DNA from: Desulfobacterales bacterium
GTDB lineage: Bacteria > Desulfobacterota > Desulfobacteria > Desulfobacterales > UBA2174
Reading direction: 5' to 3'
Length of the DNA: 64,000 nt
Assembly: GCA_963668645.2 (NCBI GenBank)
Contig: CAXXWC010000002.1
Span: 32,001-96,000, forward strand
The position numbers and the translations under genes were made by a program. Shown piece by piece: positions 27,804 to 39,088 of the stretch (its first letter is position 1; each line of letters begins with the position of its first letter). The notes under the pieces were generated by a model. That model saw only the letters and a program-made list of their open reading frames with translations. It did not search any database and had not been told where the DNA came from.

Positions 27804-29207
27804 ATGACCATCCGCGTCTACAACACCCTCGGCGGCGAAAAGCAGGTTTTCGAACCCACCGAAGCGGGCAAGGTGCGCATGTACGTTTGCGGCCCCACCG
27901 TCTACGACTACTGCCACATCGGCCATGCCCGCTCGGTGGTGGTTTTCGACGTCATCGCCCGCTATTTGCGCCAGAGCGGTTTCGACGTCACCTACGTGCG
28001 CAATTTCACCGATGTGGACGACAAGATCATCCGCCGGGCCAACGAAACCGGCCAGGATCCGGGGGCGGTGGCGGCCCGCTTTATCCAAGCCTTCTACGAC
28101 GACATGGACGCTTTGCTGGTGCAACGCGCCGACCACGAACCGAGGGTGACCGAGTATATCCAGCCCATCATCGAGCTGGTCCGGCGGCTGGAACAGCGCG
28201 GCCATGCCTATGCGGTGGATGGCGATGTCTACTTTGACGTCACCACCTTCGACGGCTACGGCAAACTCTCGGGCCGGCGCCTGGATGACATGGAGGCCGG
28301 GGCGCGCATCGAAGTCGATGCGCGCAAGCGTCATCCCCACGATTTCGCCCTGTGGAAGGCGGCCAAGCCGGGCGAGCCGGCCTGGGACAGCCCCTGGGGA
28401 CAGGGACGGCCCGGCTGGCACATCGAGTGCTCGGCCATGAGCAGCTCGCTTCTCGGGGATACCTTCGACATCCACGGCGGCGGCAAGGATCTGATCTTTC
28501 CCCACCACGAAAACGAAATCGCCCAGAGCGAGGCCGGTTCGGGGCATCCCTACGTCAGGTACTGGCTGCACAACGGGTTCGTGAACATCAATCACGAAAA
28601 GATGTCCAAGTCCCTGAACAATTTCCTGATGATCCGCGACGTGCTGGAGCATCACCACCCCGAGGCGGTGCGGATGTTTCTGCTTTCCAGCCACTACCGC
28701 AGCCCCATCGATTTTACCCCCGATGCCATGGCCGAGGCATCGGCCAAACTGACCCGGATCTACACCCTGCTGCGGCGACTGGCCGGTAGGACGCCCGCCC
28801 CGGCCGGCCAGGTCGAGGCCTGCTCCTTCTGGGGCCGATTCAGCGCTGAAATGGACGACGACTTCAACACCGCCGCCGGCATCGGCACCCTCTTCGAGGC
28901 CGTACGGACCACCAACCAGCTGCTGGATGGCGCCGATGCCCCGGACGCCGAAATTGCCGTCCATCATGGCGCCATCCTGCGCATGGGGGCGGTGCTGGGG
29001 ATTGTCACCCTCGACCCGGAGGCCTATTTCAAAACCCAGGCGCGCGGTGTGGATGCCGCTGCCATCGAAGAGCTCATCGCGCAGCGGACCGCAGCCCGCA
29101 AGGGGCGCGACTGGGCCGAGGCCGACCGGCTGCGGGATGAACTGACCGCCTTGGGGGTGGTCATCGAGGATCGTCCCGAAGGCACCGTCTGGCGCGTGGC
29201 GGATTGA
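27804..29207 (+). CDS. cysS: Cysteinyl-tRNA synthetase
   Basis: [32 protein letters not shown]. Confidence 0.97.
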   Translation: MTIRVYNTLGGEKQVFEPTEAGKVRMYVCGPTVYDYCHIGHARSVVVFDVIARYLRQSGFDVTYVRNFTDVDDKIIRRANETGQDPGAVAARFIQAFYDDMDALLVQRADHEPRVTEYIQPIIELVRRLEQRGHAYAVDGDVYFDVTTFDGYGKLSGRRLDDMEAGARIEVDARKRHPHDFALWKAAKPGEPAWDSPWGQGRPGWHIECSAMSSSLLGDTFDIHGGGKDLIFPHHENEIAQSEAGSGHPYVRYWLHNGFVNINHEKMSKSLNNFLMIRDVLEHHHPEAVRMFLLSSHYRSPIDFTPDAMAEASAKLTRIYTLLRRLAGRTPAPAGQVEACSFWGRFSAEMDDDFNTAAGIGTLFEAVRTTNQLLDGADAPDAEIAVHHGAILRMGAVLGIVTLDPEAYFKTQARGVDAAAIEELIAQRTAARKGRDWAEADRLRDELTALGVVIEDRPEGTVWRVAD

Positions 29208-31219
29208 TGGGACTATTTGACCTCGTTTCGGATTTTACCCCCAAAGGTGACCAGCCGGCGGCCATCGAAACCCTGAGCGGCTGGATTGCAGAAGGCCGCC
29301 AGCACCAGGTGCTGCTGGGCGTCACCGGTTCTGGCAAGACCTTTACCATGGCCCAGGTGATCGCCCGGGTGGAAAAACCGACCCTTGTGATCGCACCCAA
29401 CAAGACCCTGGCGGCCCAGCTCTACAACGAGTTCAGGGGTCTCTTTCCCCACAATGCGGTGGAGTATTTCGTCAGCTATTACGATTACTACCAGCCTGAG
29501 GCGTACATCCCGGCCAGCGACACCTATATTCAAAAAGATTCGTCCATCAACGAGATGATCGACAAGCTGCGCCATTCGGCCACCCGTTCGGTCCTCAGCC
29601 GCCGGGACGTCATCGTGGTGGCCAGTGTGTCGTGCATTTTCGGGCTGGGGGCCCCGGAAGATTATCTGGCCATGCGCATGGAGATCGGTGTGGGCGACGA
29701 GCTTTCGCGCGAAAAGCTCATCGCAGCCCTGGTCAAGATGCACTACGAACGCAACGACGTCGATTTCCACCGGGGGGTATTCCGGGTCCGCGGCGACCGG
29801 GTGGAGGTCTTTCCGGCCTACGAGGAAGAGACGGCCCTGCGCATCGATTTTTTCGGGGACCAGGTGGAGGCCGTGGCCGAGATCGACCCCCTGCGCGGGA
29901 TCCAGATGCGGCGTCTGCCCCGCACCACCGTCTACCCGGCCAGCCATTACGTCACCCAGCAGCGCACCCTCAAACGGGCCTTTGACTCGATCCTCGAAGA
30001 GCTCAAGGTGCGCATCGCATTTTTCCGGGAACAGAACCGGCTTCTCGAAGCCCAGCGTGTGGAGGAACGGACCCACTACGACCTGGAAATGCTCCAGGAA
30101 CTGGGCTACTGCAACGGGATCGAAAACTACAGCCGCCACCTCACGGGCCGGTCGGTGGGTGAACCGCCGCCGACCCTGCTCGACTATTTCCCGCCCGATT
30201 TTCTGGTCTGCATCGACGAAAGCCACATCGGTGTGCCCCAACTGCGGGCCATGTACAAAGGGGACCGCTCGCGCAAACAGACCCTGGTCGAGTACGGTTT
30301 TCGCCTTCCCTCGGCCCTGGACAACCGCCCGCTGCGTTTCGAGGAGTTCACCGCCCGGGTCTGCCAGGTGGTCTACGTGTCGGCCACTCCGGCGGAATAC
30401 GAACGGGGGCTGGCCCGCGACGCCGTTGCCGAACAGATCGTGCGGCCCACCGGCCTGATCGATCCGCAGGTCGAAGTGCGTCCGGCGCGCCACCAGGTGG
30501 ACGATCTGCTGGCCGAGATCCGCCATTGCACGGCCCGCGATGAGCGGGTGCTGGTGACCACCCTGACCAAACGCATGGCCGAGGATCTGACCGAATACTA
30601 CGCCGACCTGGGATTGCGGGTGCGCTACCTGCATGCGGACATCGACACCCTGGAGCGGATGCAGATCATCCAGGATCTAAGGTCCGGGGCCTTCGACGTG
30701 CTCATCGGGATCAACCTGCTGCGCGAGGGCCTCGATCTGCCCGAGGTGGCCCTTGTGGCCATCATGGATGCGGACAAAGAGGGGTTCCTGCGTTCGGCCC
30801 GGTCCCTGATCCAAACCTTCGGCCGGGCGGCGCGCAATGCCGGGGGGCGGGTGTTGATGTACGCCGAGACGGTCACCGCAGCCATGGGCCAGGCCCTGGA
30901 GGAAACCGATCGCCGCCGGGCCATCCAGGTGGAGTACAACCAGCGCCACGGCATCACGCCGCGTACAGTGCAAAAAGCGCTGACCCCGGTCTTCGGCGAT
31001 GCTTCACTGCCCCAGTCCAGGGTGGCTGAAACGGTGGCGCCCCTGCCCACCTCCTTTTCCACCGACCAGATCGAGGCCCAGATCCAGAGTCTGCGCCGCG
31101 AAATGGCCGCGGCGGCCAAGGATCTGCGCTTCGAAGAGGCCGCATCCCTGCGCGACCGCATCCGTCAACTGGAAAAAGCCCTGGTTTTCGAAGCCCGGAT
31201 CCACCCGGGGGCGGTCTGA
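29207..31219 (+). CDS. uvrB: Excinuclease ABC subunit B
   Basis: [34 protein letters not shown]-terminal UVR domain. Confidence 0.97.
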   Translation: MGLFDLVSDFTPKGDQPAAIETLSGWIAEGRQHQVLLGVTGSGKTFTMAQVIARVEKPTLVIAPNKTLAAQLYNEFRGLFPHNAVEYFVSYYDYYQPEAYIPASDTYIQKDSSINEMIDKLRHSATRSVLSRRDVIVVASVSCIFGLGAPEDYLAMRMEIGVGDELSREKLIAALVKMHYERNDVDFHRGVFRVRGDRVEVFPAYEEETALRIDFFGDQVEAVAEIDPLRGIQMRRLPRTTVYPASHYVTQQRTLKRAFDSILEELKVRIAFFREQNRLLEAQRVEERTHYDLEMLQELGYCNGIENYSRHLTGRSVGEPPPTLLDYFPPDFLVCIDESHIGVPQLRAMYKGDRSRKQTLVEYGFRLPSALDNRPLRFEEFTARVCQVVYVSATPAEYERGLARDAVAEQIVRPTGLIDPQVEVRPARHQVDDLLAEIRHCTARDERVLVTTLTKRMAEDLTEYYADLGLRVRYLHADIDTLERMQIIQDLRSGAFDVLIGINLLREGLDLPEVALVAIMDADKEGFLRSARSLIQTFGRAARNAGGRVLMYAETVTAAMGQALEETDRRRAIQVEYNQRHGITPRTVQKALTPVFGDASLPQSRVAETVAPLPTSFSTDQIEAQIQSLRREMAAAAKDLRFEEAASLRDRIRQLEKALVFEARIHPGAV

Positions 31220-31223
31220 TCCC

Positions 31224-33149
31224 ATGCCTGAGGCCACGGAAGAATACCCGGTTCCCGAGGCGATCAAAGCCCGGCTGGATCAGGTCGACCATCGACCCGG
31301 CGTCTACATCATGCGCGACGCCCGCAGCCGGGTCATCTACGTGGGCAAGGCTCAGAATCTGAAGAACCGCCTGGCCAGCTACTTCAGGGCCGCAGGACCT
31401 TTCGACGCCAAAACCACAGTGTTGCGCCGCCACATCGCCACCCTGGAAACCGTGGTGACGGCCTCGGCAAAAGAGGCCCTGATTCTCGAATCGAACCTGA
31501 TCAAACGCCACCGGCCGCGCTACAACGTGGTGCTCAAGGACGACAAGCGTTACCCGTCACTGCGCCTCGATCCGCGCCATGCCTACCCCAGATTGACCAT
31601 CGTCCGGCGCACCGCACCGGACGGGGCCTTCTATTTCGGCCCCTATGCCTCGGCTTCCGCCGTACGCGCCACCCTCAAGCTCATCGACCGGCTCTTCAAG
31701 CTGCGCAAATGCCGCGACCGCGAATTTGCCCAGCGCTCGCGCCCCTGCCTGCACTATCAGATGGGGGCCTGCTACGGTCCCTGCTGCCTGGAGGTGGACA
31801 GCGATACTTATGCCGCCGCGGTGCGCGAGGTCGTTTTGTTTCTGCGCGGTCGCACCCCGCAGCTGCTGCGCGGAATGCGACGGCGCATGCAGGACGCGGC
31901 CGCCCGGGAAGATTTCGAAACGGCCGCCATGCTGCGGGACCGCATTTTCGCTCTGGAAAAAACCCTGGAAAAACAAGTGGCCGTAACCTGCGACTTCATG
32001 GACCGGGACGTGATCGCCGCGGCCCGCGGTCCCATTGCCGATGTGGTGACCCTGCTCACGGTGCGCGGCGGCTTCCTGGTGGGTACGCGCCACTTCGAGC
32101 TGCCGGCCACCCCCATGGACGAGAGCGAACTGCTGGCCGGCTTTATCCGCCAGTTCTATGGCACCGGTCCGACTCTGCCCCGCGAAATCCTCCTGGCGGC
32201 CCAGTCCGAGGACAAGGCCCTCATCGAAGACTGGCTGTCGGATATCAAGGGCCGGCGGGTCAAGCTGCTTTGTCCCGAAAGGGGCGAAAAAGCCCGTCTG
32301 GTGGCCCTGGCCTGCGAAAATGCCGCCGAGGCGCTCAAGGCCATGGGAGCCGACTGCGAAAGACGCACCGAACTGTTAGCCAGCCTTCAGCGGAGCCTGC
32401 AGATGGACCGGCTGCCAAGGCGCATCGCCTGTGTGGACATCTCCACCACCGGAGGCCGGCAGAGCGTCGGGGCCATCGTGGTCTTTCATGACGCGGTTGC
32501 CGACCCCGGGGCTTACCGGCGCTACAAGATCCGCGGTCCCATCACGGATCCGGACGATTATGCCGCCATGGCCGAGGTCCTCGGCCGGCGTTTTCGTGAC
32601 GGTGCCGAGGCGGAAAACATGCCGGATCTGCTCCTGGTGGATGGCGGCAAGGGACAGATGAACGTTGCCCGCCGGATCCTGGCCGAACTCGGCTTGTCCT
32701 CCAGCCTGGCCCTGGCGGCCATTGCCAAGGCCGATCCCCAGCGCGGCGAAACCGAGGACAAAATCTTTCTGCCCGCAAGGGCAAATCCGGTCTCCTTCGG
32801 CCGCCATCCCGGCCCCCGCCTTTTGCTCCAGGCGGTGCGTGACGAAGCGCACCGTTTCGCCATCGGATTCCACCGCCAACGCCGGGCAAAGGCGGCCGTG
32901 GCTTCACAACTGGACGGTATTCGCGGCCTCGGACCGCGCCGCAAGCAGCGCCTTTTAGCCCGATTCGGCTCGGTGGCCGGCATCCGCGCGGCCTCGGTGG
33001 ATGAGTTGGCCGCCGCGTGTCTGCCTTTGGATCTGGCCAAAAGGCTGCACATCCAGCTCCAACCATCGGCGCCCTTGGATGGGGGGCATGGTAGCGATGC
33101 CGCCGGCAGTCCATCCGGCACGGATTTCAGCGAGAGCCTAAGCCCCTAA
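31224..33149 (+). CDS. uvrC: Excinuclease ABC subunit C
   Basis: GIY-YIG domain (PGVY...IYVGKA), PRYN..LKDDK.YP, UVR, DGGKGQ, RDEAHRFA and HhH. Confidence 0.96.
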   Translation: MPEATEEYPVPEAIKARLDQVDHRPGVYIMRDARSRVIYVGKAQNLKNRLASYFRAAGPFDAKTTVLRRHIATLETVVTASAKEALILESNLIKRHRPRYNVVLKDDKRYPSLRLDPRHAYPRLTIVRRTAPDGAFYFGPYASASAVRATLKLIDRLFKLRKCRDREFAQRSRPCLHYQMGACYGPCCLEVDSDTYAAAVREVVLFLRGRTPQLLRGMRRRMQDAAAREDFETAAMLRDRIFALEKTLEKQVAVTCDFMDRDVIAAARGPIADVVTLLTVRGGFLVGTRHFELPATPMDESELLAGFIRQFYGTGPTLPREILLAAQSEDKALIEDWLSDIKGRRVKLLCPERGEKARLVALACENAAEALKAMGADCERRTELLASLQRSLQMDRLPRRIACVDISTTGGRQSVGAIVVFHDAVADPGAYRRYKIRGPITDPDDYAAMAEVLGRRFRDGAEAENMPDLLLVDGGKGQMNVARRILAELGLSSSLALAAIAKADPQRGETEDKIFLPARANPVSFGRHPGPRLLLQAVRDEAHRFAIGFHRQRRAKAAVASQLDGIRGLGPRRKQRLLARFGSVAGIRAASVDELAAACLPLDLAKRLHIQLQPSAPLDGGHGSDAAGSPSGTDFSESLSP

Positions 33150-33153
33150 GTTG

Positions 33154-33183
33154 TTGACTTTTCCGGTTCAAAGGGGTTAGTTT
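33154..33183 (+). promoter_or_regulatory. Putative sigma70 promoter for the TPR-mglA cluster
   Basis: TTGACT-18 bp-TAGTTT. Confidence 0.35.
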
Positions 33184-33267
33184 TACACCTTGAAGGACTG
33201 CTTACCAGGCATTCGGCCGAAGGTGGCCGATCCGACACTTTAGATTTGCATCGCCGACGAGGGGTTC

Positions 33268-34194
33268 ATGGATCTGGCCACAAAGCTCAAATCCTTGATC
33301 AAAAGCGCAGAAGTTTACCAGACGCAGGGATTGTTCAGCGAAGCGCGCCAGCACTACGGCAAAGCCCGCGAAATGATCGCAGCCCTTCCCCAGATCAAGA
33401 ACCAGGATGTGCTGCTGAGAAATCTCGACCAGAAACTCAACCGGCTGGATACCCAAATTAAAAGGATCGAGCGCGCCCCCCTGACACCTGAAATTTCTCC
33501 CGAAAGTCAGACCCTGATCAAACGCCTCTTCAGCTTCTCGGCTTCCGAAAGTCCAGAGAACGCCGCTCTCCAGGGGGCCCTGGCTCTGGTTCAATTCGGC
33601 CAGTACAACCGGGCAATCCGGGAATTCGAGGCCTTGCTCGACAGCCCGGGCATCCGTTTTGCGGCTGCCAAAAACATTTTGCGGTGCGCTTTGAATACCG
33701 ATGACCCCCGCTCCGCCGTGAAGCATTATCAACAATGGATCGGCGGTAGGCGGTTCGATGCCGAAATGATGGGCAAGCTCAAACGATTCCTCGAGAATCT
33801 ATTGCCCCAAAAGGGTATCGCCGCCGACTTGGCCGAACCGGAACAAGCCACCCTGGGCATCACCCTCATCGAATTGCCGCAGGAAGTGCCCGAGGAAGAA
33901 GAGGTGATCGACATCACGGCGGTAAGTTTCGATTTCGTCGGCCGTGACCGCAAGAAGCAGCGTCTTGAATACGAGGTAAGCTTTCAATCGAGAAACTTGA
34001 TCAGCATCCTGCTCACCGAACGTGAAAAGGAGGTTTTTGAAGCCCTGCAATTGGGAGAAACCATTGGTGAGGTTGAATTGACATCTCCGATAGCCATTTT
34101 CAAAGGGACTGCCAAGATTATGGAAAAGAACCAGATCAAGGTCGGGCCCCGTAAGGGCTGTTTCAGCGTAGGACTAAAGATTGCCAGCATCTGA
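33268..34194 (+). CDS. TPR-like helical protein with C-terminal PilZ-like beta domain
   Basis: AEVY..QGLF.EA..HY and A.AL.QFGQY..AI.EF helices. The beta-rich C-terminus has no RxxxR. Confidence 0.6.
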   Translation: MDLATKLKSLIKSAEVYQTQGLFSEARQHYGKAREMIAALPQIKNQDVLLRNLDQKLNRLDTQIKRIERAPLTPEISPESQTLIKRLFSFSASESPENAALQGALALVQFGQYNRAIREFEALLDSPGIRFAAAKNILRCALNTDDPRSAVKHYQQWIGGRRFDAEMMGKLKRFLENLLPQKGIAADLAEPEQATLGITLIELPQEVPEEEEVIDITAVSFDFVGRDRKKQRLEYEVSFQSRNLISILLTEREKEVFEALQLGETIGEVELTSPIAIFKGTAKIMEKNQIKVGPRKGCFSVGLKIASI

Positions 34195-34225
34195 GCCATT
34201 CGGGCCGGATCGGAGTTTCTGACAA

Positions 34226-34846
34226 ATGGCTGTTTTCAACGTCAAAAAGCGTGAAATCGAATGCAAACTGGTCTATTACGGCCCGGGGCGCTGCGGTAAA
34301 ACCACCAATCTGGAGTGGATTCACAGAAGCTTTACCAAACAAATCTCCGGTGAGATGGTATCGATCAATACCGAGGGAGATCGGACCCTCTTTTTCGACT
34401 TTCTTCCGATGGGGTTGGGAAAGATTCGCGGCTGTGACGTACGCATGCAGCTTTACACCGTTCCGGGGCAAGTCAAGTACGGATCCACCCGCAAGCTGGT
34501 GCTCAAAGGGGTTGACGGGGTGGTATTCGTCGCCGATTCGATGGCGGTGCGCCGGGAAAAGAACATCCTCTCGCTCAAGGACCTGGCGACAAACCTGAAA
34601 GAATACGGGCTGAACATCTTTAAGGTTCCCCTCGTCTTTCAATTCAATAAACGCGATCTGGAAGCCGAAGGAATCCCGGTGATGCCCATGGAACAGATGC
34701 ACCGGGAATTGAACCGCCAACTTAAGGCGCCGGTGTTCCCTGCCAGCGCCATTCAAGGTGAGGGCGTTGCTGTGACACTCAAAGAGGCGCTTAAGTTGAC
34801 CTTGCAATACCTTCAAAAAGAAATGCATTGGGCTGAACCGAAATGA
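34226..34846 (+). CDS. mglA: MglA-family small Ras-like GTPase
   Basis: KLVYYGPG.CGKTTNL, DRTLFFDF (intrinsic Arg finger), LYTVPGQV, FVADS, NKRD, ASA. Confidence 0.92.
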   Translation: MAVFNVKKREIECKLVYYGPGRCGKTTNLEWIHRSFTKQISGEMVSINTEGDRTLFFDFLPMGLGKIRGCDVRMQLYTVPGQVKYGSTRKLVLKGVDGVVFVADSMAVRREKNILSLKDLATNLKEYGLNIFKVPLVFQFNKRDLEAEGIPVMPMEQMHRELNRQLKAPVFPASAIQGEGVAVTLKEALKLTLQYLQKEMHWAEPK

Positions 34847-36345
34847 GTGCGGAAACCGTATTATCCGGCGCCTTGACATTCCTGAGTCTCGCGGACTTGT
34901 TGCAGCTGCTCGGCGGCAACGGGTCCAGCGGCATTTTGCGCCTGCGCAATGAGCAGAATGTTGAACCGGGGCTGATCTACTTCAACAACGGGAATCCCGT
35001 GCATGCGATTTGCCCTTCCAAGACCGGCCTGGAAGCCCTTTACACCCTGTTTGGCTGGGTGGTGGGCGAGTTCGCTTTCAGCCGCGAGAAATTCAACGTT
35101 CCCCAGACCATCCAGCAAAGCCGTATGGAGATCATTCTCGACGGTCTGCGCATGCTCGACGACGGGGAAGTGCGGCGGATCGGATCGGCCGCCGCGGTTG
35201 TTTCCGGCAAGGCCCGCAGCGCATCGACCGGGATGGTGCGGGGCCCGCTGGTCGATTATTTATCCGTGGTCAACGAAGAGCACTTCGCGACCGGATCGCC
35301 CATCGTGCATGAAGGCTCTTATGGCAATTGGATCTGGGTTATCCTGGAAGGGCAGGTGGACATCTTTCGTCAAACCGCGGATGGCCCGAGCAAGATCATG
35401 AGTCTGGGAGAGGGCGCCTTTATCGGGAGCCTTTCCGCTTTTTCGATCCACGGCCATATCCGCAGCGAGTCGTGCGTGGCTGCCACCAAGGTGGTTTTGG
35501 GGGTCCTGGACTTCCAGCGTCTGGCCACCGAGTACAGCCGCATGAGCCACGCCATGCGCCGTGTGGGCGTGAGCCTCGATCAACGCCTGCGGCACCTGAA
35601 CGATCTGATCGTCGGGGACCAACTCGGTCCGGATCTGCTTAAGGATTTGAAGCCGTTAACCTACGGACCTAAGCTTCCGGCAGAAGGTCTTTACCTGATC
35701 ACCGAAGGCCGGGCGGTGGTGGTTCGCGACAGGGATCCTCAGCGGATCGTACTGGCCAGGCTGGAATCCGGAGATGTCTTCGGCCTGATTCCTTTTGCCG
35801 ACATCGGCCATGAACCGCACGCCGCCACTGTTTGGGTCGACGACGCCATCAAACTGACGCGCCTGGACAGCGCCGCCCTGGAAAGTGAATTCGAGCGCCT
35901 GTCCACCACATTCAAGAATATTTTCGACAATCTGGTGATCGCCATGTCCGTTACCACACGCATGGCGATCCAGGAAAGTCAGCGAAACAACTCAAATTCC
36001 GACAAGGCGGGCAAAGATCAACGCCGTCATATACGCTATGACTCCCTCAACCTGCTTCATTTTTCCCTGCCCAGCGGTGCAACACCGGAAAGGCAGGGCA
36101 TGGGAAGGACCTTGAATGTTTCCCAGTCCGGAATCCTGCTTGAAACCCAGGAAGCCATCCCGCCCGGGGAAACCATCGCCTTGACCATCGGACTGGAGGA
36201 GGATCTGGTTACCATCGAGGGCGAAACCGTACACTGCCAGCCGACGGCGGATAAGCGCTTCACTACCGGAATTCATTTTCGCCAGATGAACGACAGCACC
36301 CGGACTGTGTTGACACGCTACATTCAACTTTTTGAACAACACTAA
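34843..36345 (+). CDS. DUF4388 + two cNMP-binding-like domains + PilZ signalling protein
   Basis: LSG.L..LSLADLLQLL...SGIL (DUF4388), two CAP-like barrels, PilZ motifs RRHIR and NVSQSG. ATGA overlap with mglA. Confidence 0.85.
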   Translation: MSAETVLSGALTFLSLADLLQLLGGNGSSGILRLRNEQNVEPGLIYFNNGNPVHAICPSKTGLEALYTLFGWVVGEFAFSREKFNVPQTIQQSRMEIILDGLRMLDDGEVRRIGSAAAVVSGKARSASTGMVRGPLVDYLSVVNEEHFATGSPIVHEGSYGNWIWVILEGQVDIFRQTADGPSKIMSLGEGAFIGSLSAFSIHGHIRSESCVAATKVVLGVLDFQRLATEYSRMSHAMRRVGVSLDQRLRHLNDLIVGDQLGPDLLKDLKPLTYGPKLPAEGLYLITEGRAVVVRDRDPQRIVLARLESGDVFGLIPFADIGHEPHAATVWVDDAIKLTRLDSAALESEFERLSTTFKNIFDNLVIAMSVTTRMAIQESQRNNSNSDKAGKDQRRHIRYDSLNLLHFSLPSGATPERQGMGRTLNVSQSGILLETQEAIPPGETIALTIGLEEDLVTIEGETVHCQPTADKRFTTGIHFRQMNDSTRTVLTRYIQLFEQH

Positions 36346-36369
36346 CGATACCGATAGGATAAAGATAGA

Positions 36370-37260
36370 ATGGATCAAGTTGTGCGACAGACCGATTTTC
36401 CTGATTTGAAGCTGCTGCAGCGCGGCAAAGTCCGTGACGTTTACGATCTGGGGGATCGCCTGCTCATGGTGGCCACCGATCGCCTTTCGGCCTTCGACGT
36501 GGTTCTGCCGGATCCGATTCCGGACAAGGGCCGGGTGCTGACCCAAATCTCCCTGTTCTGGTTCGAGCAAATGCGGCCCCTGGTGGAAAACCACGTGATC
36601 ACGGCGGACGTTGACCAATACCCCGAAGTCTGCCGGCCGTATGTCGATCAACTTCGCGGCCGCAGCATGCTGGTCAAAAAATGCCAGCCCCTGGCCATCG
36701 AGTGCGTGGTGCGCGGATACCTGAGCGGCTCTGGATGGAAATCGTACCGCCAAAGCGGCCGGGTATGCGGCATTGCGCTGCCTGCGGGGCTGAAAGAGTC
36801 GGACCGGCTGCCCGAGCCGCTTTTTACCCCTTCTACCAAGGCCGAGGCCGGACAGCACGACGAGAATATCGACTTCGCAGCCGCCGCCCGGATCGTGGGC
36901 GCGCAATTGGCCGAACAGGTCCGTGATCTTTCGCTGAGCATTTATCGACGGGGGGCGGAGCTGGCCGATGCCAAAGGGATTATCATCGCGGATACCAAGT
37001 TCGAGTTCGGTCTGCTGGACGGCCGCTTGATTCTCATCGACGAAGTCATGACCCCGGATTCCTCCCGCTTCTGGCCCAAGGCCGGCTATCTTCCCGGCGG
37101 CGTCCAACAGAGCTTCGACAAACAGTATGTGCGCGACTATCTGCTGACCCTGGAATGGAACCAAAAGCCGCCCGCACCGGCTCTGCCCACCGAGGTGATT
37201 CAAGCCACCCGGGCCAAGTACCTGGAAGCCCTCACGCGTCTGACCGGAACGCCGGCATGA
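36370..37260 (+). CDS. purC: SAICAR synthase
   Basis: [39 protein letters not shown]. Confidence 0.97.
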   Translation: MDQVVRQTDFPDLKLLQRGKVRDVYDLGDRLLMVATDRLSAFDVVLPDPIPDKGRVLTQISLFWFEQMRPLVENHVITADVDQYPEVCRPYVDQLRGRSMLVKKCQPLAIECVVRGYLSGSGWKSYRQSGRVCGIALPAGLKESDRLPEPLFTPSTKAEAGQHDENIDFAAAARIVGAQLAEQVRDLSLSIYRRGAELADAKGIIIADTKFEFGLLDGRLILIDEVMTPDSSRFWPKAGYLPGGVQQSFDKQYVRDYLLTLEWNQKPPAPALPTEVIQATRAKYLEALTRLTGTPA

Positions 37261-38225
37261 TCAGTGAGCTCGGCCCGCTTCCCATCGCGGCCATCGACTG
37301 CTCGGATGCGACCTTTCGCATCACCACCGAAGAATCCATCGACCGGCTTCGGGACTCCATCGGCAAGATCGGGCTGGTCAGCCCCCCGATCCTGAGGCCC
37401 CTTAAAAATGGTTTTGGCGTGGTCAGTGGATTCCGCCGCCTGGAGGCTTGCCGCTGCCTCGGGTGGTCGCATGTGCCGGCACGCCGGGTTGCGGATGCGG
37501 CCGGTCCATGGCGTTGCGCCCTGCTGGCCGTGGCGGAAAACCTGGGGCAACGGAGCCTGAACCCGCTGGAAACCGGCCGGGCGCTGAGGCTGCTTGGCCA
37601 CACCGCCCCTGACGACAAGCACTTGCGTGAGGCCCTGCATATCTTGGGGCTGCCGGACAACCCTGCGGCCGAGCGGCGTTTTTCGTCGCTATGCGAACTT
37701 CCCGGCACGATCCAGGTTGCCGTGGCGCGAGGGGAGGTGGCCGTGTCGACAGCTGAAAACCTGGGCCGTCTGCCTCGTCAAACCGCCGAACCCCTTGCGG
37801 CGTTGATCGTATCCTTGCGCTTGGGGCTAAACAAGCAGCGTGAGATGGTGGAACTGCTCCTGGAGATCGCCCGTGCCGAGGGGCGGACGCCCGAGGCGGT
37901 GCTGAAAGAGCCTGCTCTGGTCGAAATCATGGCGGATACTCAGGGTGATCGGGCCCACCGGGCGCATCGGCTACGCCAACTGCTGCGCCACCGCCGCTTT
38001 CCCAATCTTAGCCGCACAGAGGCGCGATTCGAAACACTGCGCCGCCGCCTTGCGCTTTCACCGGATGCCGATCTAGTCCCGCCACCCGGCTTCGAAGGAC
38101 GCCACTACCGCCTGAACCTCTCCTTTGCCAGCCGGCAGGATCTTGCCCGCCATCGTGAAATGCTGGATGCCCTTCTGGAAGACCCCGATCTCGAAGCGAT
38201 TCTTGCCTTGGGACTTACATCTTGA
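37257..38225 (+). CDS. ParB/Srx N-terminal domain protein (orphan)
   Basis: L..SI...[12 protein letters not shown] (GxRR box), AEN...RSLN. ATGA overlap with purC. Confidence 0.82.
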   Translation: MISELGPLPIAAIDCSDATFRITTEESIDRLRDSIGKIGLVSPPILRPLKNGFGVVSGFRRLEACRCLGWSHVPARRVADAAGPWRCALLAVAENLGQRSLNPLETGRALRLLGHTAPDDKHLREALHILGLPDNPAAERRFSSLCELPGTIQVAVARGEVAVSTAENLGRLPRQTAEPLAALIVSLRLGLNKQREMVELLLEIARAEGRTPEAVLKEPALVEIMADTQGDRAHRAHRLRQLLRHRRFPNLSRTEARFETLRRRLALSPDADLVPPPGFEGRHYRLNLSFASRQDLARHREMLDALLEDPDLEAILALGLTS

Positions 38226-38442
38226 GCAGGGGATCGGCGATCATTTCGATGAAGATGTAGACCACAAAACCGATTACCAACGCTACCGCGACATATACAT
38301 AGTAGTTGTTGAGCCGATGTCTGCGACGGTGCCGGTCCGAGTAAAAGACCTTCTGGCCGCAGGCGGTACAATAATGGACGGGTTTGCCAATCCGGTACTC
38401 GGCGCCGCACTGGCAGGTGACGCTTTTGGTTTCCAGGGGCAT
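38215..38442 (-). CDS. Small Zn-ribbon membrane protein
   Basis: CQCG...CTACG and a C-terminal TM helix. GGAG RBS. Confidence 0.65.
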   Translation of the reverse strand: MPLETKSVTCQCGAEYRIGKPVHYCTACGQKVFYSDRHRRRHRLNNYYVYVAVALVIGFVVYIFIEMIADPLLKM

Positions 38443-38512
38443 GGTCGGTCTCCGTTGGAGTAAATCTGAGGTTCAGGGAATCAAGAGGGAATTTTCTTGC
38501 CTTAATCGCACC

Positions 38513-38926
38513 TTATCCGCCATTTGCCGCGTTTTTGGGAGATCCACTAAAAAACGCCTTTGCCTCCCGCCCCAGAAGCAGGTAGGAGGCCGCTGCGAAA
38601 AGAGTGATCACCGCCAGCGCCAGGACGGCCAGCCCTGGGCGGGACTGGATTAAAAGAAAGGTAAAACAGGCATAGAGGATGATAATCAGTGCGTTGCACA
38701 TCAGGCAAAGGGGACGAGCCCATTTTTTAGCCTGGTAGAGGAAGTACCCCAAAAGCACGACGATGATCAATTGTTGATAGAACATCTTTTCGGGAACGGT
38801 GCCTTGAGACAGGCTGAAAAAAAGATAGAAAAACAAAAGATGCCCCCCCCACCCGCCGATCAGGAGCAGGAAAGCATAGCCCACACTTTTCGGAAAATCA
38901 TTTAAAAACGGTATATTAAAATTCAT
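38513..38926 (-). CDS. Hypothetical 4-TM membrane protein
   Basis: Four hydrophobic segments. GAAGGGG RBS. Confidence 0.7.
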   Translation of the reverse strand: MNFNIPFLNDFPKSVGYAFLLLIGGWGGHLLFFYLFFSLSQGTVPEKMFYQQLIIVVLLGYFLYQAKKWARPLCLMCNALIIILYACFTFLLIQSRPGLAVLALAVITLFAAASYLLLGREAKAFFSGSPKNAANGG

Positions 38927-39026
38927 TGGAACCCCTTCCTGGCATTCTGTTGAACCTGCGCCGCCACCGATTGTTATGAAACCCTAACAGTAAATATTAT
39001 AAAATTACAATATGATTTTTTTTTAC

Positions 39027-39082
39027 TTGACACAGTAAAGGACATCAGGTAAAGATGCCTGAAAGAACTAAATTCCATTCAG
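39027..39082 (+). promoter_or_regulatory. Putative sigma70 promoter and operator-like inverted repeats for the TetR gene
   Basis: TTGACA at 39027 after an A/T tract, with a weak -10. TCAGG..CCTGA and CTGAA..TTCAG inverted repeats. Confidence 0.4.
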
Positions 39083-39088
39083 AATCTT

